A stretch of 64,000 nt of DNA from an uncultured Gammaproteobacteria bacterium (GCA_964524515.1 CAZGEA010000004.1:32015-96014), one strand, 5' to 3'. Shown: positions 48,518-55,382, counted from the first letter of the stretch. Notes: generated from the letters alone by a model not told the origin. Translations and numbers: made by a program.

Positions 48518-48524
48518 TTCAATT

Positions 48525-49601
48525 TCAGTCTAACAGTGCTTTTATTCCAGGTAAAGACCCCTCGCCTAGAAAATCTAGCATTGCTCCGCCCCCTACTGAA
48601 ACCCAACTAAATTTATCTGCTAAACCAAACTTATTAATTGCATTAACAGTGTCTCCTCCACCTGCAACTTTGAATGCGTCAGTGTTTCCCGCCACTGCTT
48701 CAAGAACTCTTTGGGTTCCCAAATGGTGACCTATTTCTTCAAAAACTCCAAGTGGACCAGCTACAACTATTGTTTTTGCTGACTCTATAATTGGAACAAA
48801 TTTTTCAATTGATTTAATAGTAATGTCTTTTCCTTCAACTGTAAGGTGTGCAATTTCTAACTTTTCATCTGTTGTATCTTCTAAGAATTTGGGGAGAGCG
48901 CCACCTACTAATATTTTATCTGCAAACTGTTTGAAACTTTGAAGATAAGTTAATTTATCTTCTTTGGCACCACTTACTATTGCAATTGTTGGATGATTTG
49001 GGTTGTTTCTGACTTTTTCAAGATTTTCTACTTCTTGCGCAAATCTTAAACCTACAGCATGAGGTAATAATTTGGGAAGACCAACGATTGATGCATGTTG
49101 TCGGTGACTTGTAGCAAATGATTCATTAACATAAAAATTAATGTTATTACCGATTAAAAGCTTAACGAAGTTTTCGTCGTTTTTTTCTTCTCCTTCGAAA
49201 AATCTTAAGTTTTCAAATAAAATAATTCTTGATTCTTCTTTTGGATCTGAATTATCAGAATTTTTTTCAAAATTTGTGTTTAGGTTTTCTTTGAAAAGAA
49301 CTTTCTCACCTAGCAGATTTGAAAACAAATGCCACAAATTAAGTGTTGAAACGTATTTATCATCGATTTTTCCGATGTGACCCACAATTACCAATAGTTG
49401 AGGATTTTGATTTAATATGTGTTTAAGGGTTGGGAGGCAAGCATTGATTCGCGAGTCATCTTCTACTTCAAATTTTTCAGTGTTATTTTCATCAATTGTT
49501 TTTTTAAAAGGAACATCTAAATCTATTCTTACAATTACATTTTTACCTTTTAAATCGAAATCAGAGAGTTTTGGAAGATTCATATTGGGATATTTTTTCA
49601 A
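48525..49601 (-). CDS. pgk: phosphoglycerate kinase (short form)
   Basis: VRIDLDVP, LENLRF, FATSHRQHAS and a GGGDT C-terminal motif. The start may be the internal MNLPKL. Confidence 0.85.
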   Translation of the reverse strand: MKKYPNMNLPKLSDFDLKGKNVIVRIDLDVPFKKTIDENNTEKFEVEDDSRINACLPTLKHILNQNPQLLVIVGHIGKIDDKYVSTLNLWHLFSNLLGEKVLFKENLNTNFEKNSDNSDPKEESRIILFENLRFFEGEEKNDENFVKLLIGNNINFYVNESFATSHRQHASIVGLPKLLPHAVGLRFAQEVENLEKVRNNPNHPTIAIVSGAKEDKLTYLQSFKQFADKILVGGALPKFLEDTTDEKLEIAHLTVEGKDITIKSIEKFVPIIESAKTIVVAGPLGVFEEIGHHLGTQRVLEAVAGNTDAFKVAGGGDTVNAINKFGLADKFSWVSVGGGAMLDFLGEGSLPGIKALLD

Positions 49602-50016
49602 CTCGCCTTACATGTCTTTCTTCATTTGAAAATTGTGTATTAATAAATGTTTTTACAATGTTGATTGCACCCTCAAGATCCACAAAATCAGCACCAAGAG
49701 ATAATATATTTGCGTTGTTGTGTTCACGAGCAAGGGTTGCCATATCGGTATTAATGCAAAGTGCTGCACGAACTCCTTTTACTTTATTTGCAGCAATTTG
49801 TTCACCGTTACCTGATTTACCAATGACTACACCAAATGAATCACTATTACCCACTGTTGATTCAGCTGCTTTGATTATAAATTCCACATAATCGTCTTCT
49901 GGATCAAAAATTGAATTTCCACAATCTATTACCTCATGCTTTTCCCCTACCAAATAACCTTTTAGTTCTTCTTTAAGTTTAAAACCGACGTGATCAGTTG
50001 CTATAAATATTTTCAT
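49561..50016 (-). CDS. rpiB: ribose-5-phosphate isomerase B
   Basis: MKIFIATDHVGFKLKEELK, GKSGNGEQIAANK and RHVRRV motifs, 151 aa. Confidence 0.85.
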   Translation of the reverse strand: MKIFIATDHVGFKLKEELKGYLVGEKHEVIDCGNSIFDPEDDYVEFIIKAAESTVGNSDSFGVVIGKSGNGEQIAANKVKGVRAALCINTDMATLAREHNNANILSLGADFVDLEGAINIVKTFINTQFSNEERHVRRVEKISQYESSKTL

Positions 50017-50669
50017 TTGAATCCTTCTATTAAATTTTCTAAAGCTGTTTTTGGATCATCTGCTTTTACTATATTTGTGGCAACTGCAATCCCAATGGCT
50101 CCTAACTGAAGAGATTTTTGAATATCAGTTTTGTCATGAATCCCTGCGCCAACAATTAATGGAATACCTGCTTTTTTTGCAATTTCAAAAACTTCAGAAA
50201 TCACTTCTGGTTTTGCAGTTGCAACTGAGATATCAGTGCGACCAATGAATTCTGGAGGTTCATAAGAAACATAATCAGGTTTTAATTCGATTAATTTTTT
50301 AAATTCTTCAATATCGCTTGCAAAAATTAAAGTTTTTAAACCTACTTCTTTTGCTTTTTGGTGAGCTATTTTTAAATCATCAACATTTGCAAACTTGTGT
50401 TCCGAGTGATTCAGAAGTGTTCCAACGGCCCCTGATTCTTTAACTGAACTTGCTGAAACCCAGCCAGTTTTTGGACCTTCATCAATTGGATCAATATGTT
50501 GTGCCCAAATTTCAAACTTATTTAGTTTTGCTAAATTTTGAATATCAATAGTTTGAACTGCAGCGACAACTTTTATTTCTTTTAGATTTGCATTTGAGAG
50601 ATTGATTAAAAGATTTTGTGCATTAACGCCTACTGATTGACTATATGCTTTGAAATTAAGAACAATCAT
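50013..50669 (-). CDS. tpiA: triosephosphate isomerase, short archaeal type
   Basis: MIVLNFKAY, LLNHSEH, YEPPEFIG and VGAGI motifs, 218 aa. Confidence 0.8.
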   Translation of the reverse strand: MIVLNFKAYSQSVGVNAQNLLINLSNANLKEIKVVAAVQTIDIQNLAKLNKFEIWAQHIDPIDEGPKTGWVSASSVKESGAVGTLLNHSEHKFANVDDLKIAHQKAKEVGLKTLIFASDIEEFKKLIELKPDYVSYEPPEFIGRTDISVATAKPEVISEVFEIAKKAGIPLIVGAGIHDKTDIQKSLQLGAIGIAVATNIVKADDPKTALENLIEGFK

Positions 50670-50920
50670 GAATGAATATTAAAAATCGCGTCTAATTCGC
50701 GACGGTTGAAGCCAATTATTTTTGAAATGTTTCCATCATCTTTTTCGATCCATGTAAATGGAACTCCTAAATAGCCATCTGAGATTTTCATCATTTCTTC
50801 TTTGGCTCCTGCTTCATCATCCACAAAGCTTTCTGTAAATTCTATTTTTAAATCCAAAAGGTAATTTTTGAGCATTTGGCAGTATGGGCATGTTCGAGTT
50901 GAGAAAATTTTAACTTTCAT
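50666..50920 (-). CDS. glutaredoxin/NrdH-like small redox protein
   Basis: CPYC active site at the N-terminus, 84 aa. Confidence 0.75.
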   Translation of the reverse strand: MKVKIFSTRTCPYCQMLKNYLLDLKIEFTESFVDDEAGAKEEMMKISDGYLGVPFTWIEKDDGNISKIIGFNRRELDAIFNIHS

Positions 50921-50923
50921 AAT

Positions 50924-51646
50924 TTAAGTAATCAATAAACCAACTACTTTAAACCAGATTGGACTATCTACTGTCAAGACCCTACCGGTTGATGCTGAGA
51001 GATTAGCAGTTACTTCCACTGGAATTTTTGTAATTTTTAAATCAATTATTCTTGTTCCTTTGACTTCATAATGCAATTCACCAAATTCGTTTTCAGTAAG
51101 TAGCATCGGTGAATTTGGATCGATTTCATCGAGTAAACGAGCATTGATTGCCAATTCAGCTGCATCTTGAGGAAGCAATACAATAAACCTTAAGCCTGTT
51201 GGGGCTTTAACAGAGATTAAAGCAGTACCTGGATCAATTTCAACTGGGTATTCGGTTGAAGCAGAATTCTCTCCTTGGATTAGTATGAATTTTCCATCAC
51301 TTACTTTTATTGAGAGGTTTTTTGATTCACCTCGGGATTCAACTTCAACAACGTCACCTTCAAAATTGGTAATATCTGCTTTGGCTTTGTTGTTTCCCGA
51401 ATCTTGAATTACCTGGAAACTATTTCCTTCTTTGTATACTGAAATTTTTCCATTTAAATTTGAATCTAAATTGGCTATTTTTTTAATTTTTATTTCTCGA
51501 TCTGATTCAGCACCTAAGACATTCCATGAAGTTTTGCCGTTTGATGAAATTGTGACTATTGCGTCTGCCAAAACAATATTGGGAGTGACTAAAAAAATTA
51601 ATCCAAAGACAGCAAAATAAAATGATTTTTTCATTTGATCATTCAT
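50924..51646 (-). CDS. secreted hypothetical protein (paralog family with the 55479..56072 product)
   Basis: Signal peptide. The C-terminal YEVKGTRIIDLKITKIPVEVTANLSASTGRV resembles YVITGYQDKRFLGVFPIKLTRVVTYSANERTV of the other protein. Confidence 0.5.
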   Translation of the reverse strand: MNDQMKKSFYFAVFGLIFLVTPNIVLADAIVTISSNGKTSWNVLGAESDREIKIKKIANLDSNLNGKISVYKEGNSFQVIQDSGNNKAKADITNFEGDVVEVESRGESKNLSIKVSDGKFILIQGENSASTEYPVEIDPGTALISVKAPTGLRFIVLLPQDAAELAINARLLDEIDPNSPMLLTENEFGELHYEVKGTRIIDLKITKIPVEVTANLSASTGRVLTVDSPIWFKVVGLLIT

Positions 51647-51653
51647 GATATCA

Positions 51654-52142
51654 CTAATAGCTTGCTTCCAGGAGGACTTTGTCTAATTTTTTGATTTGAA
51701 TTTTTGAATATGAAGTTAAGTCTTCTTGTTTTGAAACTTCAAGCATATAACCGCCTTTTCCAGTTTCAAGATTTCCAATGTTTATTTGGCTACCATCTGG
51801 TTTAGATAGTACTAATAAATATTTTTCATTTTTTTGCAAATCTGGAAGATCTGCTAACACCAACAAATCAAATTTGTTGTTTGAATATTTTCTAGAAACC
51901 ACACCTGAGTAATTTTCCCCATCCCCTGAAATGTCTTTCAATTCTTTTTTATCTGAATCTACTGGAAGAGTAATTCTAAAAGAATCTTCAATTCCTTTGA
52001 CAGAACCAACTGGTGAACTTGTTACAAATGGAGTTGTTTCTGGGTTTTGATTGCTATTTCTATTTTTTATAAACCAAAAGAAACCACCGATTACAATTAC
52101 AACCATTAATCCAATTAGTGCGTCTGAAAATTTAGGCTTCAT
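51654..52142 (-). CDS. membrane-anchored hypothetical protein
   Basis: 162 aa with an N-terminal TM helix and a beta-rich extracytoplasmic part. Confidence 0.45.
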   Translation of the reverse strand: MKPKFSDALIGLMVVIVIGGFFWFIKNRNSNQNPETTPFVTSSPVGSVKGIEDSFRITLPVDSDKKELKDISGDGENYSGVVSRKYSNNKFDLLVLADLPDLQKNEKYLLVLSKPDGSQINIGNLETGKGGYMLEVSKQEDLTSYSKIQIKKLDKVLLEASY

Positions 52143-52190
52143 TTAACTTAAAATAAAATAACACTAGCCTATAGAATTGGCAAGAGGGTT

Positions 52191-52313
52191 TCATTCACAA
52201 CAAGGATCTTTGAAGCCGCAGTTGGTGCAAATTGCGTCCTTACTCCCTGCCACTACTCCAATTTTGGATCCACACACAGGACAATCTTGTTTTTGCGTTT
52301 CAACTTTTGACAT
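52191..52313 (-). CDS. 40-aa zinc-ribbon micro-protein
   Basis: The minus-strand reading is MSKVETQKQDCPVCGSKIGVVAGSKDAICTNCGFKDPCCE, with two CxxC knuckles. It falls below the ORF-track length cut-off. Confidence 0.45.
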   Translation of the reverse strand: MSKVETQKQDCPVCGSKIGVVAGSKDAICTNCGFKDPCCE

Positions 52314-52317
52314 GTTG

Positions 52318-52323
52318 TATAAT
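52318..52323 (+). promoter_or_regulatory. perfect TATAAT -10 box placed for a leaderless transcript of the 52331 ORF
   Basis: TATAAT ends 7 nt before the ATG at 52331 and no Shine-Dalgarno sequence lies between them. Confidence 0.3.
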
Positions 52324-52330
52324 TTATATA

Positions 52331-52521
52331 TGAAGTTTGCAACTGTTGTCCAGATAATGGCATTTATACATCACTTGGTTTGGAGTGTGCTTGGACTTTT
52401 GGTTTTATTTTTTGTTTATTACTTTTTTACCAGTGGTTATAAAGCTTTTATAAACCCAGATCAGCAATTTTTTGCAAGCCCAACACCTGTGGTTACTTTG
52501 ACTCCAAAACCCGTAAAATAG
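52331..52521 (+). CDS. small single-TM membrane protein
   Basis: MKFATVVQIMAFIHHLVWSVLGLLVLFFVYYFF... This is the C-terminal part of the 52177..52521 track ORF. The upstream part of that ORF is antisense to the zinc-ribbon ORF. Confidence 0.45.
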
Positions 52522-52528
52522 GCCATAC

Positions 52529-52557
52529 TTGACAATTGGCACTTTAGGGTGTATAGT
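52529..52557 (+). promoter_or_regulatory. near-consensus sigma70 promoter
   Basis: TTGACA (52529-52534), an exact 17-nt spacer, then TATAGT (52552-52557). Confidence 0.65.
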
Positions 52558-52563
52558 GCTAGT

Positions 52564-53013
52564 ATAAGTTAATTAATAGTTACCGCACGTATATCGGAAA
52601 CTACACTAATTTTGAAGGCGAGGAAAAGGATAAGCCTATTTACATCATTTAACTTTAAGCTAGCCATAGAAAAGAAGGCCGAGGCTGATATTAACAATTT
52701 GTGCCTACTTGGCCAAAACCTGCTTTGACCTTCTTTTCTGAGGCTATGCCTCAGTGATCGAGCTTTACGCTCGTTAACAATTAAAGCGAGTTATACAGAC
52801 ACAAGCCTAATTTGTGCCTGACAACAAGCTCTCGTGGGGTTCACAGGGAATCAGAAATCCTTGTTTCTAAAGACCAATCTTTTAAATTAATATCTTTATA
52901 GAAACAATGAAAACTTAAAATTTTTTAATTTTCTGTTTCCTGTGAGCCTCATGAGTATCTTAAAAAGCTTGTCTGTTGGTGCACATCAGCGCAAGCGCTC
53001 ATAGTCAGAGGCC
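52564..53013 (+). ncRNA. long structured 5' leader or independent ncRNA (unclassified)
   Basis: About 450 nt with no ORF between the promoter and the GGAGG RBS at 53014. It contains a roughly 18-bp stem (52661-52680 / 52727-52746) and a 167-nt rod hairpin (52816-52982). G-U wobble pairs are compatible only with a plus-strand RNA. Confidence 0.55.
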
Positions 53014-53022
53014 GGAGGATGT

Positions 53023-55077
53023 ATGTTTAAATCATCATCACGCTCCCTGTTTAGGGTAGCAATCGTGGCAATCATTTTCTTGATTGTCTCCGCTTATTCG
53101 TACTCGCCTACCACCGCTGGTGGCGAAACCCCAACCCCTGTGGTTGGAAATGATGGCGGAAATAGCAACGGACCTGCTCCTTCTGAGCAAACCCCGGTGC
53201 CAGCCGATACGACAGTTCCTCCCGCGCCGACAGAAGTCGCCGCGACCGCTGTTCCAGCCACACCCGTGACTGTGAATCCAACTAACACTCCTGTGATAGT
53301 TGACATCCAACCTTCAGCTTCACCCGAAGTTGTGGGAAACCAGCCCGCTCCCTCACCTGAGGCGATTTTGGCACCGAGTAAGACGCCTGGAATTTCGCAA
53401 ATCCAGAGTCCGCCCTCGATTGAGCCAGAACCAAGCTGCGATGGGTGGAACATAAAGATCGTAAATCCCGGGTATTATCTCCAGTTTCGCTGGGAATACC
53501 ACAAAGATTCCGATCCTATTAAGGGAGACTGGAAGCCAGAAAAAATCAATACCAAAGGTGGAATTACTTTCCATTTCCAATGGTATGGTGGAGACTGGGG
53601 TCAGGCAGACTATACATGGGATATTACCCGTGGACCGGAATGCCCGCCGTTTGTCGTAGCGACAAATACTTCTGTGCCGCCAACGGAAACTAATGTTCCG
53701 CCAAGTGCGACACCTAGTGCGACGTTCACAAACACGCCGCAACCGAGCAATACGCCGACTGTGACGCCTAGCAACACACCGTTGCCTAGTGCGACACCGA
53801 CGTACACGGAGACGAACACGAGCACGCCTGTGCCACCTACGTTTACCGCGACGTATACATCAACAGCCACGGCGACTCACACCGAGACGCCAACAGTTGC
53901 GCCGACGTATACATTCACGCCTTCACAGACACCGATTCCACAACAAACTGTTGTGAATATTTCGGTTACTGCGACGGTAGCACCAGTCGTTATTAAAACT
54001 TCTGGTGATGAGTGCAAAGAACCGGCCATCAATGGCTTTATGGACTTTGGGGGTTTCAATTTCCAAGTTCAGGTTTTGAGCGAAGGTCGTTCTAAGCCAA
54101 AGTCGATGGCGACCAAAAATCTCTTGGCTTCAGATGCTTCGCTTTCACCAAATGGTGAATGGGTTGCCTTTGTAGCAGCTGATCCAAACGGACAGTTTAC
54201 AGAGATTCGTTTGGCGAGGTTTGTCGATCTGGCAAAAAGCTGGTCTGTCTACAAGAGCTACAGTAATGTAGTCTCTGCACCAGCAGTAAACGACAATGGA
54301 GACATCTTGTTTGTCGTTGACTTCAATGACCAAGATCGTCGTTCCGAGGTATTGCTTGTTCGCAAGAATGGCAAGCCAACGGAAGTAGTCAGCCCAGGAG
54401 ATAGCCCATTTTGGATCAATAATACAACTGCAGGGTACATTAACCCGAGCAGCCTGATCTATGAATGGGAAATCGATCAAGAGATTCACAGTGAATCTGG
54501 CGCGTATAGTTTGTATGGTTGGGTTTTCATGAATGAAGTGACAGTTGCCCGAAATGGTGACTTGTTAGCTTTCGTGGGCAGCAAGAATGGTATCAGCCAA
54601 ATTGTTGTCTTTAATCGGATTACCCAGTCCCAAATCTGGCAATCGCCAGTCGGAGCGAATCAACCAGTCATGAGCCGCGATGGTCGTTTTATCGTTTTTG
54701 TTCACAATGGGCAAATCAAAGCTCATCAGATGAACAAGGCCGAAGACCAAATTACGGTCATTACGAATGTTGATAAGTCTGTTGCGAACCCAGTGCTTTT
54801 GTGCACCAATCAAGTGATCTTCACTTTGAACGGTAACACAATTGTCTCGGTTTCGTATCAGCCCAGCATGAAGTCAGTTTCTGAGTCTGGTTTGACAGTT
54901 CTCAAGAGTCCAAGCAACAATTTGCTCGCGACATATTTTGGGAGTCACACCCAGACCCGTCCAGAGATTAAAACAGGAGATTCGAATTTTGTCCGCATGG
55001 CAAACAATCTTCGGTTGAATCTGGAAAAGCCTGCTACAAGTATTGCTTTGTTAGCACAAAGCTTTACCAGCCGATAA
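53023..55077 (+). CDS. GC-rich secreted/membrane-anchored protein with PT-rich linkers, a small Cys-bounded domain and a TolB/PD40-like beta-propeller region
   Basis: 684 aa with an N-terminal TM anchor. Linkers read TPxPT and TNTPTVTPSNTPLPSATPTYTET. C-terminal repeats resemble PD40 blades (SPNGEWVAFVA, NDNGDILFVV, ARNGDLLAFVG, SRDGRFIVFV). GGAGG lies 4 nt upstream of the ATG. Confidence 0.7.
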   Translation: MFKSSSRSLFRVAIVAIIFLIVSAYSYSPTTAGGETPTPVVGNDGGNSNGPAPSEQTPVPADTTVPPAPTEVAATAVPATPVTVNPTNTPVIVDIQPSASPEVVGNQPAPSPEAILAPSKTPGISQIQSPPSIEPEPSCDGWNIKIVNPGYYLQFRWEYHKDSDPIKGDWKPEKINTKGGITFHFQWYGGDWGQADYTWDITRGPECPPFVVATNTSVPPTETNVPPSATPSATFTNTPQPSNTPTVTPSNTPLPSATPTYTETNTSTPVPPTFTATYTSTATATHTETPTVAPTYTFTPSQTPIPQQTVVNISVTATVAPVVIKTSGDECKEPAINGFMDFGGFNFQVQVLSEGRSKPKSMATKNLLASDASLSPNGEWVAFVAADPNGQFTEIRLARFVDLAKSWSVYKSYSNVVSAPAVNDNGDILFVVDFNDQDRRSEVLLVRKNGKPTEVVSPGDSPFWINNTTAGYINPSSLIYEWEIDQEIHSESGAYSLYGWVFMNEVTVARNGDLLAFVGSKNGISQIVVFNRITQSQIWQSPVGANQPVMSRDGRFIVFVHNGQIKAHQMNKAEDQITVITNVDKSVANPVLLCTNQVIFTLNGNTIVSVSYQPSMKSVSESGLTVLKSPSNNLLATYFGSHTQTRPEIKTGDSNFVRMANNLRLNLEKPATSIALLAQSFTSR

Positions 55078-55105
55078 CTCGCTTTAGTTAAGCACATTCG
55101 CACAA

Positions 55106-55230
55106 GGCTGATAGATAGTTTTCTCGATAATAGAGAATATCAGCCCACAGCAGGGAGAGATTTTTTTAAGATGAGATGCAAGCACGCATCAAGGGTACAC
55201 CCATCATTTTAATTAATCATCTCCCCGCTG
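55106..55230 (+). ncRNA. structured 3'-UTR module: hairpin plus four-helix junction abutting the ribozyme
   Basis: Hairpin: GGCUGAUA/UAUCAGCC with inner UUCUC/GAGAA (55106-55145). Junction P1: CAGC-GGG-GAGAU/AUCUC-CCC-GCUG (55148-55161 / 55219-55230). P2: AAGAUGA/UCAUUUU. P3: GAUGC/GCAUC. P4: GGG-UACA-CCC. Confidence 0.5.
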
Positions 55231-55234
55231 CACA

Positions 55235-55294
55235 GTAAGTCTGCAGATATTAAACTCTCTGCACTGATGAGCCCCAAGAGAGGGCGAAACTTAC
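55235..55294 (+). ncRNA. type III hammerhead self-cleaving ribozyme
   Basis: GUAAGU-C(cut)-UGCAGA[UAUUAAACUC]UCUGCA-CUGAUGA-GCCC[CAAGAGA]GGGC-GAAA-CUUAC. All invariant core nucleotides are present: C3 U4 G5 A6 N7 G8 A9, G12 A13 A14, the A15.1-U16.1 pair, C17 and G10.1-C11.1. Helices I (6 bp) and II (4 bp) are closed by loops; helix III (6 bp) is open. Confidence 0.85.
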
Positions 55295-55382
55295 ATTAAA
55301 ACTAGATAATATGTTTCCTTTAGCTTTTTGCGCAATTTGAAAAAAATTGCTTAAAGAGGTAGAGGGTAACCTTTATCGACCG

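Noticed and set aside
52177-52521. 114-aa plus-strand ORF taken at face value
   Set aside because: Its first half is antisense to a well-formed zinc-ribbon ORF and has no RBS. The downstream ATG at 52331 with TATAAT upstream gives a sensible single-TM protein.
52616-52810. RNase P RNA-like strings (GAGGAAAAGGAUAAGCC and ACAGACACAAGCCUAAU)
   Set aside because: The two segments are direct repeats (AAGCCUA), not complementary. They therefore cannot form the P4 helix, and other universally conserved RNase P regions are absent.
53038-54813. Nine alternative-frame or antisense ORFs (60-129 aa) inside the GC-rich gene
   Set aside because: High GC suppresses stop codons in all frames. Their translations are Arg/Gly/Val-rich nonsense, and the 684-aa frame has coherent domain structure and an RBS.
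52560-55300. A second ribozyme (hammerhead of either polarity, twister, pistol) that would allow excision or circularisation of the ORF-containing RNA
   Set aside because: I found no second CUGANGA...GAAA core on either strand and could not recognise the twister or pistol consensus by eye. This is a negative from manual inspection only and needs covariance-model searches.
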